From an uncultured Acidobacteriota bacterium (lineage in GTDB: Bacteria > Acidobacteriota > Vicinamibacteria > Vicinamibacterales > CAVVIG01), in the NCBI GenBank assembly GCA_963757355.1, contig CAVWRG010000004.1, forward strand, positions 188,992 through 252,991: 64,000 nucleotides of DNA. Reading direction: 5' to 3'. The position numbers and the translations under genes are program-made. The notes beneath the pieces are model-generated. The model was given only the letters and a program-made list of their open reading frames with translations. It searched no databases and was not told where the DNA came from. Below, in pieces: positions 10,325-19,688 of this stretch. The stretch's first letter is position 1; each line of letters opens with the position of its first letter.

Positions 10325-10395
10325 GAAAAGGGGACGGGAGTCGTTTTCATGGGGCTGTTTCAAGCCTCCGAATAAACGACTCCCGTCCCCTTTTC
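10325..10395. repeat. Family B inverted repeat (GAAAAGGGGACGGGAGTCGTTT arms); may also act as the amt terminator
   Basis: Perfect 22-bp arms at 10325-10346 and 10374-10395; left arm recurs at 19903. Confidence 0.85.
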
Positions 10396-10402
10396 GGACC
10401 TG

Positions 10403-10452
10403 TTGACACACGCGGGTCCGGTCTGGCATTCTCCCATCGATAAACGATGGGA
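10403..10452 (+). promoter_or_regulatory. Sigma70-type padR promoter with palindromic operator overlapping the start codon
   Basis: TTGACA (10403), 18 nt, CATTCT (10427); TCCCATCG-N5-CGATGGGA at 10432-10452. Confidence 0.7.
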
Positions 10453-10782
10453 ACCAACGAATCGCTCGACCTCCTGCCCGGCACGCTGGAACTGCTGATC
10501 CTCAAGACCCTCGCCCTCGGAGCGCAGCACGGCTACGGCATTGCGCAGCGGCTCAAACAACAGTCCGACGAAGTCCTTCAGGTGGGCGAAAGCTCGCTGT
10601 ATCCGGCGCTGCAGCGCCTCCTGCTGAAAGGCTGGGCGAAGGCCGAGTGGGGCGCATCAGAGAACAACCGCCGCGCGCGCTACTACACGCTGACGCCGGC
10701 CGGCCGCAAGCGACTCGCCGTCGAGCGCGACGAGTTCGATCGGCTCATCGTCGCGGTCCAGAAGATCCTCGACGCCACCTAG
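10447..10782 (+). CDS. PadR-family transcriptional regulator (acidobacterial type)
   Basis: LLPGTLELLILKTL...HGYGIA, SLYPALQRL, WG.SENNRRARYY.LT..GRK.L. Confidence 0.93.
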   Translation: MGTNESLDLLPGTLELLILKTLALGAQHGYGIAQRLKQQSDEVLQVGESSLYPALQRLLLKGWAKAEWGASENNRRARYYTLTPAGRKRLAVERDEFDRLIVAVQKILDAT

Positions 10783-10869
10783 GCGGATCGTATGCGTGGA
10801 ACAGTCCCGCACGAAAGCTCGCCACCACTCGGGAGATGGAGGACACGGAGGAACGGTCTTGAAAGTCAC

Positions 10870-11346
10870 TCACCCGCGGCGCGGCTTGAATCCGGTAAGA
10901 AACTCCGTTGGCGTTTCTACCCGCATCCCATGTCTCAGCGCCACGAGAAAATGACGACGATTGTCGGTGACCACCACCGGCGCGCCCGCCGCCCGCGCCA
11001 CCTCGGCGATGTGCGCGTCGTAGATGCGGCCGCCGGCGACGCCGTCGCGCACGGCCGCCTTCACGATGGCGAGCCGATCGCCCGCGGGGAGATCGTGGAC
11101 GGTCATCCGCGCAAACACCTCGGCCTCGAGCAGCTGCGCAGCCACCTCCGGCGTCAGCCGGAACTCGGGCGGCAGCCGCGTCGAGACCGAGAAAAATTCG
11201 AGGCAGCAATGCCAGGCGGTCCCCGCGCCGGTGATCTGCCGCTCGGCGACCGCGTGCAGCAGCGACTGGGCCGGCGCGCTCTGGGGGCCGAAGTCGACGA
11301 GCCCCGCGACGAGCACGCTGGTGTCGAGGAAGACGCTCACGGCCAT
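10870..11346 (-). CDS. PIN-domain (VapC-like) toxin
   Basis: VFLDTSVL, acidic E in CCLEF, GGRIYDAHIA, VVTDN; overlaps the upstream antitoxin. Confidence 0.85.
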   Translation of the reverse strand: MAVSVFLDTSVLVAGLVDFGPQSAPAQSLLHAVAERQITGAGTAWHCCLEFFSVSTRLPPEFRLTPEVAAQLLEAEVFARMTVHDLPAGDRLAIVKAAVRDGVAGGRIYDAHIAEVARAAGAPVVVTDNRRHFLVALRHGMRVETPTEFLTGFKPRRG

Positions 11347-11585
11347 CGATTCCGCTCCTCTTCGACGAGTGCGGCGACATCGACCCGGGGCCGGACGGAC
11401 GCCGTCGGCCGCGCGACGAGCCGGCGGCCGACTTTCACGAGCCGCGGTCCCGGCGCGACGCGCTCGAGGCGAATGCCGGTGTCATCGAGGGTGACATCGA
11501 CCTCCGCGCCGGCCACGAGCCCGGCCCGTTCGCGAATTGCGGCGGGAATGACGATGCGGCCGGCCTTGTCGATGGAAGTCTTCAT
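11337..11585 (-). CDS. AbrB/MazE/SpoVT-family antitoxin
   Basis: MKTSIDKAGRIVIPAAIRERAGL..G..V swapped-hairpin signature; 82 aa; directly upstream of the PIN gene. Confidence 0.88.
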   Translation of the reverse strand: MKTSIDKAGRIVIPAAIRERAGLVAGAEVDVTLDDTGIRLERVAPGPRLVKVGRRLVARPTASVRPRVDVAALVEEERNRWP

Positions 11586-11607
11586 GGCATCAGGCTACCA
11601 CTGGAAT

Positions 11608-11663
11608 GGGATTCGGGATTAGGGATTTGGGATTCGGGGAGATTCGGGGAGATTCGGGATTTG
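11608..11663. repeat. Heptamer array (GGGATTY)n
   Basis: gggattc gggatta gggattt gggattc ...; same family at 14299, 38861, 54667 (reverse) and 63431. Confidence 0.85.
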
Positions 11664-11666
11664 GCC

Positions 11667-14294
11667 ATGCGTGAGCTGCTGCGGCGCATCGGGCATCTTC
11701 TTCGCCGCGCGCGGTTCGAGCGCGATCTGGCCGACGAGATGGCGTTCCATCGCGAGATGACGACGCGCGACCTCGAGGGCCGCGGCCTCGATTCGCGAGA
11801 CGCCGCGCTTGCGTCGCGCCGCGCCTTCGGCAGCGGCGCGCTCGGGGAGGATCAAGCGCGCGACGTGTGGATCGCGACGTGGCTGCAGGATGTTGCGCGC
11901 GACATCCGGTTCGCGGCTCGTCTCCTCATCAAGGATCGAGCCTTTACCGCGGTCGCCGTTCTCGCGCTAGCGTCGGGCCTGGCTGCGACGAACACGATCT
12001 ACACCATCGTCAACGCGATGGTGCTGCGCGGCTTGCCTGGTGACGACTCTCGTCGCATCGTCGTGCTCAGCAATGCCGGCGGCGGCCCGGTCATCGCGTC
12101 GTATCCAGACGTCGAGGATTGGCGCGCCGCGCAGTCGTTCGCAGGGATTGCGGCGTTCAGCTTCGGCGCCGTATTCGTCACCAGTGACGAAGGACGCACG
12201 CCAGAAGTCGCATACGGCAGCTTCCTGTCAGCAAATGCGTTCCGACTGGTCGGCGAAACGCCGTTGCTCGGTCGTGACTTCGTGGCGGCGGACGATGTGC
12301 CCGGCGCCCCGGCCGTCGTCATCCTCGGCTACAGCGTCTGGAGCAACCGCTACGGCGCCGACCCGACGATTGTCGGCCGCACGATCAGGGTGAACAACCG
12401 ACCGACCGTCGTCATCGGCGTGATGAAGCGAGGCTTTCGGTTTCCGCTTGCGGACGAGATGTGGGAACCGATCGTGGCGATGCCGGGACTCCAGACAGCG
12501 AGTCGAGACACGCGGCGGCTCACTGCGTTCGGCCGCCTGCGCGACGGTGCCACGATAACGTACGCGCAGGCAGAATTAGATGCGATCACTGCCCGGATCG
12601 CAAAAGACTATCCAGAGACTGACAAGAACACTCGCCCTGTGGTGTCTGCCTACACGGACAGGTTCTCACATCCGATGATCCTTGCTCTTTTCGGAGCGGT
12701 CGGGTTCGTGCTGCTCATCGCCTGCGCCAACGTGGCGAACCTCCTGCTGTCCCGCTCCTCGCAGCGCTCGCTGGAGATTTCCATCCGCATCTCGCTCGGC
12801 GCGACACGATGGCACATTGTGCGGCAGCTCCTCGTCGAGAGCGTGTTGTTGTCGATCGGCGCCGGCACGATCGGGCTTGGTCTGTCGCTGATCGCGATGA
12901 AGCTGTTCTCGAACGCAGTTGCGGGCATCAATTTGCCGTATTGGTATCGCGACAACTGGACGATGGATGCACGCGTGTTCACCTTCATGGCGACCGCGTC
13001 GTTGGCCACGGCGTTCGTCTTCGGCCTTGCTCCCGCGCTGCACGCCGCGAAGACCGATGTCCATGATTCCCTGAAAGAGACGGCGCGGACCGGAACGGCC
13101 GGCGTCTCCGCACGGCGCTGGACGAGCGGCCTTCTCGTCTCCGAAATCGCGTTCACCCTCGTCTTGCTGACCGGCGCGACGCTGATGATGCGGAGCTTTC
13201 TCGCGATTGCACGGACCGACAGCATCGTGGACGCCTCCCACGTGCTCACGATGTCGATCCGGCTGCCGCCAGACAAATATCCGACGCCGGACAAGCGAAT
13301 CGCCTTCTTCCAGCGTCTCGAAGATCGGTTTGACGCGGTGCGACCGCTCTCCACAGCGGCGTTCGCCAGCTCCGTGCCATTCACGGGAGGATCGATGTGG
13401 GATCTGACCGTCGACGGCCGAAGCGACCGGCCAGACGACCAGCCGTCGAAGGTTTCATTCGTGACCATCGGCGGTCATTATTTCGAGGCACTGGGCGTGC
13501 ACGTGGTACGCGGCCGCGCATTCACCGCCATTGATGGGACAAGCGGCCACGAGAGCGCGATCATCACGCAGCGGCTGGTCTCGATGTTCTTTCATGACAG
13601 CGATCCCGTGGGACAACGCATCTGCCTGAGCAACCCCGACTCGCGGAGCGCTGCCCCGCTCTGCGCGCAGATCGTCGGCGTCTCGCCGACGGTTCGGCAG
13701 CAATTCATGTCCGAGATCGATCCGGTCGTGTATCTACCGTTTCGCGCCCATCCTGGTGCCTCGGCGATGTTGATGGTACACAGTCAAGATCCGACCGCGA
13801 TCGCTGGGATCGTTCGCGACGAAACTCGGACTCTCGATGCCGACGTCGCGGTATACCGGCCCATCTCGCTCGAGACGTGGATGGAACAGTCGCGATGGGG
13901 CCACAGTGTGTTCGGCACGATGTTCGCCGCATTCGCGGCCATCGCTTTGATCCTCGCGGCGATAGGGCTGTATGCCGTCACCGCCTACGCCGTGACCCAG
14001 CGCACTCAGGAGATCGGCGTCCGCATGGCGCTCGGCGCCCAGACCGGCGATGTCGTGTGGCTGTTCATGCGGCGCGGCCTGGCGCCAATCGCATTCGGCT
14101 CCATGATCGGGATGGCCGGTGCGTTTGGCACCGGGCGGTTGCTGCACAGCCTGCTGGTGCAAACGAGCCCGACCGATCCGACAACGTTCGTCTCAATCAT
14201 GGCGCTCTTGGCGGTTGTCGCAATCGCCGCCTGTTATCTGCCGGCCCGCCGCGCGCTGCGCCTCGATCCGATGATCGCGCTTCGGTGCGAGTAG
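11667..14294 (+). CDS. ABC permease, MacB/FtsX duplicated type (acidobacterial duplicated orphan permease-like), paralog 1
   Basis: N-terminal prefix domain (DLADEMAFHREM..ASRRAFG), LLIACANVANLLL.R, QRTQEIGVRMALGA, PARRA.RLDP..ALR.E. Confidence 0.92.
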   Translation: MRELLRRIGHLLRRARFERDLADEMAFHREMTTRDLEGRGLDSRDAALASRRAFGSGALGEDQARDVWIATWLQDVARDIRFAARLLIKDRAFTAVAVLALASGLAATNTIYTIVNAMVLRGLPGDDSRRIVVLSNAGGGPVIASYPDVEDWRAAQSFAGIAAFSFGAVFVTSDEGRTPEVAYGSFLSANAFRLVGETPLLGRDFVAADDVPGAPAVVILGYSVWSNRYGADPTIVGRTIRVNNRPTVVIGVMKRGFRFPLADEMWEPIVAMPGLQTASRDTRRLTAFGRLRDGATITYAQAELDAITARIAKDYPETDKNTRPVVSAYTDRFSHPMILALFGAVGFVLLIACANVANLLLSRSSQRSLEISIRISLGATRWHIVRQLLVESVLLSIGAGTIGLGLSLIAMKLFSNAVAGINLPYWYRDNWTMDARVFTFMATASLATAFVFGLAPALHAAKTDVHDSLKETARTGTAGVSARRWTSGLLVSEIAFTLVLLTGATLMMRSFLAIARTDSIVDASHVLTMSIRLPPDKYPTPDKRIAFFQRLEDRFDAVRPLSTAAFASSVPFTGGSMWDLTVDGRSDRPDDQPSKVSFVTIGGHYFEALGVHVVRGRAFTAIDGTSGHESAIITQRLVSMFFHDSDPVGQRICLSNPDSRSAAPLCAQIVGVSPTVRQQFMSEIDPVVYLPFRAHPGASAMLMVHSQDPTAIAGIVRDETRTLDADVAVYRPISLETWMEQSRWGHSVFGTMFAAFAAIALILAAIGLYAVTAYAVTQRTQEIGVRMALGAQTGDVVWLFMRRGLAPIAFGSMIGMAGAFGTGRLLHSLLVQTSPTDPTTFVSIMALLAVVAIAACYLPARRALRLDPMIALRCE

Positions 14295-14298
14295 GTCC

Positions 14299-14355
14299 GG
14301 GATTTGGGATTTGGGATTTGGGATTCGGGGCGGGATTCGAGGGATTCGGGATTTG
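14299..14355. repeat. Heptamer array (GGGATTY)n
   Basis: gggattt x3, gggattc ..., ending just before the ATG at 14359. Confidence 0.85.
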
Positions 14356-14358
14356 ACC

Positions 14359-17010
14359 ATGCGTGAGTTGCTGCGGCGCGTCCGGTATCTCATTCACCGT
14401 GGGCGCTTCGAGCGCGAACTGGCCGACGAGATGGCGTTCCATCGCGAGATGACGGCCCGCGAGCTCGAGGGCCGTGGCCTCGATTCGCGAGACGCCGCGC
14501 TGGCGTCGCGCCGCGCCTTCGGCAGCGGCGCGCTCGGGGAGGACCAGGCGCGTGACGTCTGGGTTTGGCGGTGGTTGCAGGATTTCTCCCGCGACTGTCG
14601 ATTCGCCGCCCGTCTGCTCGCGAAAGAGCGGCGGTTCACGGTCGTTGCGGCGACAGTCCTCGGACTCGGCATTGGTATCACCAACCTGCAGGCGGTTCTG
14701 ATCAACGATATTTGCGTCCGGGGCCTGCCGGTCCCCAGAGTCGATCGCGTCGTCTTCCTCGCCGCGCGCGACACGCAGGACCGCGAGCAACCGCTGTCGC
14801 CTCGCGAGTTCCGCGACCTGCGCTCGACCATCCGCGGCCTCAGCGGCTTGGCAGCGTTCGCGACCACGCCGATGGTCATCGGCGACGAAGGCCAGGCGCC
14901 AGATCGCGCGCTCGGAGCCTACGTGTCAGCGAATGCTTTCGGCATCCTTGCCGAACGGCCGCTGATCGGCCGCGACTTCGAGCCAGCTGACGACAAGCCC
15001 GGCGCTCCTGGGGTCGCGATCCTCGCGCATACCCTTTGGGCGTCGCGTTACGGCGCCGATCCGTCGATCGTCGGCCGCACGGTCCGGGTCGACGGCGCGC
15101 CGGCCGTCATTGTCGGCGTGATGCGCGACAGGTTCCGGTTTCCTACTAACACCGAGATCTGGCGGCCGCTCGCGTCGATGCCGGACATCGCGGGTGCGAA
15201 GCGCACGACCCGTGCGCTCGGCGTATTCGGCCGCCTCGAGGACCATGCGAGCATCGGCGACGTCCGCGGTCAACTGGCGGCCTCGACCCGGCAGATGTCG
15301 CACGACTATCCGGACACCAACACCGGCATGCGGCTCGCCGTCGTACCGATCAACGAGAAGTTCAACGGGCGGATCACCGACTCGGTCTGGCTCGCGTTCA
15401 TCAGCGTCGGCGTCATCGTGCTGTTGATCGCGTGCGCGAACACCGCGAACCTGTTGCTGATGCGGTCGGCGACGCGCGGCCACGAGATGGCGCTGCGCGC
15501 CTCGCTCGGTGCGTCGCGATCGCAGCTCGTCCGCCAACTGCTCGTCGAAAGCGTGCTGCTCGCGGTCCTCGGCGGCGCCCTCGGCACGGCGCTTTCCGCG
15601 GCCGGCCTTCATGCGCTCTCGAACATGGTTCCGCCGAACACGCTGCCGTACTGGGTGACGTTCACGATGGATCGGCGCGTCTTCGCGCTGCTCTGCGCCA
15701 TCTGCCTCGGCACCGTCTTCGTGTTCGGATTCGCACCTGCCGTCCACACCTCCAGAACCGACGTCGGCCAACTCGTAAAAAGCGGCAGCCGTGGAGGCGG
15801 CGCGAGCGTGCGCGTCCGCCGCTGGACCACCGCCTTTCTCGCGGCTGAATTCGGTTTGACCATGGTGATGGTAGCCGCGCTCCTCGTGAATCTGCGGGCG
15901 TCGCACGCTGCAGAGCGTCGCGAGCTCGTGGTCGATCCGACGAATCTCGTGACGAGCGCCGTCACGCTCTCGGCCGAACGCTATCGGACGCCGGAACGGC
16001 GCCTCGCATTCTACGAGCAGCTCGACACCAGGCTCGCGCAGATACCAAGTCTGTCCGGCACCGCAGTAGCGACGGCGCTGCCGCTGGGTGGAGCGGCGGC
16101 ACAAGCAGTGGAGATCGAGGGGCAGGCGCGGCCATCGGGAGAGTTGGCACCCATCGTGTGGGCTGTGGCGATCAGCGATCGATACTTCGATGTCCTGTCG
16201 ATTCCGTTGCTGCAAGGCCGGGCCTTCGCCTCGCGCGACGGGTTGGCCGGCTACGAGAGTGTCATCGTGAATCAACAGTTCGCACGCGCCTTTTTTCCGG
16301 GCGTTGATTCGATTGGCCGGCACATTCGACTGACCGAGACGCGCGCGCCCAATGGCACGGCACCGTGGCTGACGATCGTCGGCGTCTCTGCAATCGTTCG
16401 ACAGCGCTCGACTTCCGATCCCGATCCGATCGTCTACCTTCCGCTCAACGCCGGGCCACCAACCTCGGCTCGACTGATCGTTCGCGCGCCGCGCGCAGCG
16501 GCGGTCGTCGCGCCCCTGCTGCGCGACGCGGTCCGCGCGATCGACCCCGATCTCCCGCTGTACCGCACCATGTCGATGGACCAGGCGCTTGCCGAGTCGC
16601 AGTGGAATGGCCGCGTGTCCGCGGTGATTCTCGACGGCATCGTACTCGTCGCCATCTGTCTCGCCGGCGTCGGCGTGTACGCCGTCACGTCGTACGCCGT
16701 CGTGCAGCGCACGCACGAAATCGGCATCCGCATGGCCCTCGGCGCCCGGCGGCAGCACATCGTCGCGATTGTGCTGCGCCGCGCGGCGGCTCAACTGGGC
16801 ATCGGCCTGCTGACCGGCGTCGCCTGCATGCGCGCATGGGAGCGACTCTTCGGCGAAGGCGGCTCCCGGACCGTCTTCTACCACCTCACAGATCCGATCA
16901 ACCTGATTGGCGTCGCAGCGTTGCTGACACTGATCGCGGGCATCGCGTGCGTGCTGCCGGCGCGCCGGGCCGTGGCGCTCGATCCGCTCGTCTCGGTGCG
17001 GCACGAGTAA
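14359..17010 (+). CDS. ABC permease, duplicated orphan permease-like, paralog 2
   Basis: Same architecture as paralog 1; start MRELLRR at 14359 (the ORF-track extension upstream is translated repeat). Confidence 0.92.
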   Translation: MRELLRRVRYLIHRGRFERELADEMAFHREMTARELEGRGLDSRDAALASRRAFGSGALGEDQARDVWVWRWLQDFSRDCRFAARLLAKERRFTVVAATVLGLGIGITNLQAVLINDICVRGLPVPRVDRVVFLAARDTQDREQPLSPREFRDLRSTIRGLSGLAAFATTPMVIGDEGQAPDRALGAYVSANAFGILAERPLIGRDFEPADDKPGAPGVAILAHTLWASRYGADPSIVGRTVRVDGAPAVIVGVMRDRFRFPTNTEIWRPLASMPDIAGAKRTTRALGVFGRLEDHASIGDVRGQLAASTRQMSHDYPDTNTGMRLAVVPINEKFNGRITDSVWLAFISVGVIVLLIACANTANLLLMRSATRGHEMALRASLGASRSQLVRQLLVESVLLAVLGGALGTALSAAGLHALSNMVPPNTLPYWVTFTMDRRVFALLCAICLGTVFVFGFAPAVHTSRTDVGQLVKSGSRGGGASVRVRRWTTAFLAAEFGLTMVMVAALLVNLRASHAAERRELVVDPTNLVTSAVTLSAERYRTPERRLAFYEQLDTRLAQIPSLSGTAVATALPLGGAAAQAVEIEGQARPSGELAPIVWAVAISDRYFDVLSIPLLQGRAFASRDGLAGYESVIVNQQFARAFFPGVDSIGRHIRLTETRAPNGTAPWLTIVGVSAIVRQRSTSDPDPIVYLPLNAGPPTSARLIVRAPRAAAVVAPLLRDAVRAIDPDLPLYRTMSMDQALAESQWNGRVSAVILDGIVLVAICLAGVGVYAVTSYAVVQRTHEIGIRMALGARRQHIVAIVLRRAAAQLGIGLLTGVACMRAWERLFGEGGSRTVFYHLTDPINLIGVAALLTLIAGIACVLPARRAVALDPLVSVRHE

Positions 17011-17019
17011 CACTCCGAC

Positions 17020-17047
17020 TTCCATCGCTTATCGATGGGAACAAACG
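17020..17047 (+). promoter_or_regulatory. Second putative PadR operator, or relic of a padR 5' end
   Basis: TTCCATCG-N5-CGATGGGA followed by ACAAACG, matching the padR start region (ACCAACG). Confidence 0.6.
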
Positions 17048-17071
17048 GCACGGGCCGGTGTCCAACCGACC

Positions 17072-18925
17072 GTGACCGATGTCCGCGGTTCCACGACACA
17101 GGACGGCAGCCGGCCCGCAGCTCGCCCGTTCGTCGTGTTGTTCCGCACCTTCTTCGAGCAGTTTTTCACCAGCGAGTCCATCAGCTCGGACGACAAGCTG
17201 CGCCAGACGATCATCGGCGTCCTCGCCTTTCTGCTCCTGCCCGGGCTCCTCCTCCTGATCGAGCTCTTCTTCGACTACCAGGGCATCGTCTTACGCGCGA
17301 TTCGTTATCAGCAGTTCGACAAGCTCGACGACACGCTGCTCTGGATCGCCTTCATCTTCGTCACCTACTCGATGGTCGCCGTCGGCTTCATCGCGATTTG
17401 TGTGTGGGACACGCTGACGTTCGACAGGCGCGACGCGATGGTGCTCGGGCCGCTGGCCGTCCGTGGCCGCACGATGGTGATCGCGAAGGTCGCCGCGCTC
17501 GGCGCCTTTTTGCTGGCCGCCGCAACCGCGGTCAATTTGCTCAACGCGATCGTCTTCGCCTTCTCAACAGCCGATCGGCTGAGCGGAGTCACACTGATCC
17601 GCCATTTCGCCGCGCTGTTCGGGTCCACTGTGGCCGGCGCCATGTTCGTCTTCGCCGCCATCGTCATTCTCCGGGGCGTTGTCGGACTGGTCGCCGGACC
17701 CAGAATCGCCGCGGCGGTCGGCTCGTCGCTGCAATTCGTGTTCGTGCTGGCGCTGCTTCTTCTCGTGCTCCTATGTCCGGCCGTCTGGGAAGTGCCGCAC
17801 AGCGCGCTGGTGAACATGACGGTCACCGGCTGGCTGCCGACGTCGTGGTTCCTCGCTCTCTTCGAAGCGCTGCGTGGATCGCGACGATTCCATGCCGGTC
17901 CGCTCGCGGCGTACTTCCAGCCGCAGGCCGTACGCGCGGTCGCCGCCACCGGCGGAGCCCTGGCCGGCGCCGCGCTGATCTCGATGATGAGCTATCGGCG
18001 CCAGATGCAGCGGGCCCTCGCGCCTGCCTCCAGGGCGGGCGTCGGCGGCGGGGCGCGACTCACGCGATTCCTGGCGCACACGATCATCCGAGGAAAAGGG
18101 GCCGTACCCCTTTTTCGATTCTTCAGCGCGAGAAAAAGGGATACGGCCCCTTTTCCGGTCGCGGACGCTGCGTCCGATTTCATCCTCCTCACGATCGCGC
18201 GCAACCGCGCGCAGCAGACGCCAATCGCCATGAATGCGGCGGTGGGCGTCGCGGTCATCCTCGCGGCGCTGATGCAGGTGCGAACGATCGTGTCGCTCGC
18301 GCACCCGCGAATCGCGGTGCTGTGGATTCCGCCGGTGCTCGCGTATTCGATCGCCATCGGCCTGCGCGCCTCGTTCTTCGTGCCGAGCGAGTTGCCCGCC
18401 GCGTGGACGTTCTCCGCGAATGCGCCAGAGCCCTCGACCGCGTACTGGTCAGCAGTCCGCGCGGCGATGCTCGCGTTCGTGCTGCCCAGCACGGTGGCGG
18501 TGACCGCGCTCGTAACTGTGCCGCTGCTCGGTTGGACGGGCGCCGTTTGGCACGCGCTGTTCGTCTGCGTCGCGGCGACGATGATGATCGAAGCCGTGGC
18601 GCTGACGATCGACTTCATGCCCTTCACGCGCGCGTACGAAGCCGGCCACGCCAGGCTGAAAACACGCTGGTGGATCTACGCGGTGGGGCTGTTCGCGTCT
18701 GCGTACTATCCCGTTCGATTCGAAATATCCGCGTGGGGCAACCCGCTGGCGTTCGGGCGGCTCATCGCCTGCCTCGTCGTCTTTTCGATCGCGCTCGACA
18801 TCGTAGGCCGCCGCCGGGCGGCGCGCTGGACGGTCCAAGCGCACACGCCGCCTGCCGACGCGCTTTCCAGCGTCAGTGTTCTGAACATCTGGGACATCGC
18901 ATTCGTGAAGGAGACCACGTGCTGA
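17072..18925 (+). CDS. Multi-pass membrane protein, probable ABC exporter permease
   Basis: About 12 hydrophobic segments; RRDAMVLGPL motif; overlaps the downstream ATPase gene; contains an in-frame family A repeat. Confidence 0.75.
   Translation: MTDVRGSTTQDGSRPAARPFVVLFRTFFEQFFTSESISSDDKLRQTIIGVLAFLLLPGLLLLIELFFDYQGIVLRAIRYQQFDKLDDTLLWIAFIFVTYSMVAVGFIAICVWDTLTFDRRDAMVLGPLAVRGRTMVIAKVAALGAFLLAAATAVNLLNAIVFAFSTADRLSGVTLIRHFAALFGSTVAGAMFVFAAIVILRGVVGLVAGPRIAAAVGSSLQFVFVLALLLLVLLCPAVWEVPHSALVNMTVTGWLPTSWFLALFEALRGSRRFHAGPLAAYFQPQAVRAVAATGGALAGAALISMMSYRRQMQRALAPASRAGVGGGARLTRFLAHTIIRGKGAVPLFRFFSARKRDTAPFPVADAASDFILLTIARNRAQQTPIAMNAAVGVAVILAALMQVRTIVSLAHPRIAVLWIPPVLAYSIAIGLRASFFVPSELPAAWTFSANAPEPSTAYWSAVRAAMLAFVLPSTVAVTALVTVPLLGWTGAVWHALFVCVAATMMIEAVALTIDFMPFTRAYEAGHARLKTRWWIYAVGLFASAYYPVRFEISAWGNPLAFGRLIACLVVFSIALDIVGRRRAARWTVQAHTPPADALSSVSVLNIWDIAFVKETTC
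18092..18156. repeat. Family A palindromic doublet inside a coding sequence, copy 2
   Basis: ggaaaaggggccgtacccctttttc, 15 nt, gaaaaagggatacggccccttttcc; translated as GKGAVPLFRFFSARKRDTAPFP. Confidence 0.9.
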
Positions 18926-19686
18926 ACGTTCACGGGTTGACGAAGCGCTACGGCGCGCTGACGGCCGTCGACGATCTCTCGTTCGTCGTGCATCCCGGCG
19001 AGGTGCTCGGCTTGCTCGGGCCGAACGGATCCGGCAAGAGCACGACTGTCAAGATACTCACCGGCCTGCTGGAGCCGACAACGGGCCACGTCGACCTCGA
19101 CGGCCGCGACGCCTTCGCGGATCGGCTCGCCTACAAGGCCCAGATCGGCTACGTCCCGGAAGAGCCACATATGTATTCGTATCTCACGGGCCCGGAGTAT
19201 CTGCGGCTCGTCGGCCGGCTGCGTGGACTGCCCGACGCCCTGCTCGATGACAAGATCGACCGCTTCCTGCAACTCCTCGGCATCTACGACGATCGTTACC
19301 AGACGCTGTCGTCGTACTCGAAAGGCATGCGGCAGAAGATTCTGATCGCCGCCGCCGTCCTCCATAATCCGCGGATCCTCATCCTCGACGAACCGTTCTC
19401 CGGGCTCGACGTCACCGCCGCGCGCGTCTTGAAAGCGTTTGTCCGCGCGGTCGCCGCCGCGGGCAAGATGGTCGTCTTCAGCTCCCACGTCCTCGAGGTG
19501 GTCGAGCAGGTGTGCTCCCGCGTCGTCATCCTCAAAGACGGCCGCGTCGTCGGCCACGACGATGTGGCGAAGCTGCGCGAGACGCTGCGACTGCCCTCGC
19601 TGGACGCGGTGTTTGCCGCGTTAGTGGCGGAAGAGCGCGTCGAAGAGCGGACGCAGGGACTCATCGACGCGATGGCACAGGCGTGA
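18919..19686 (+). CDS. ABC transporter ATP-binding protein
   Basis: GTG start after aaggag; Walker A GPNGSGKST, signature YSKGMRQK, Walker B LILDEP, SSH switch. Confidence 0.93.
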   Translation: MLNVHGLTKRYGALTAVDDLSFVVHPGEVLGLLGPNGSGKSTTVKILTGLLEPTTGHVDLDGRDAFADRLAYKAQIGYVPEEPHMYSYLTGPEYLRLVGRLRGLPDALLDDKIDRFLQLLGIYDDRYQTLSSYSKGMRQKILIAAAVLHNPRILILDEPFSGLDVTAARVLKAFVRAVAAAGKMVVFSSHVLEVVEQVCSRVVILKDGRVVGHDDVAKLRETLRLPSLDAVFAALVAEERVEERTQGLIDAMAQA

Positions 19687-19688
19687 CC

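Noticed and set aside
17035-18918. 883-aa ORF suggesting a giant ABC ATPase fusion
   Set aside because: The upstream part is an Arg-rich off-frame reading of the membrane gene; the ATPase has its own SD and GTG at 18919.
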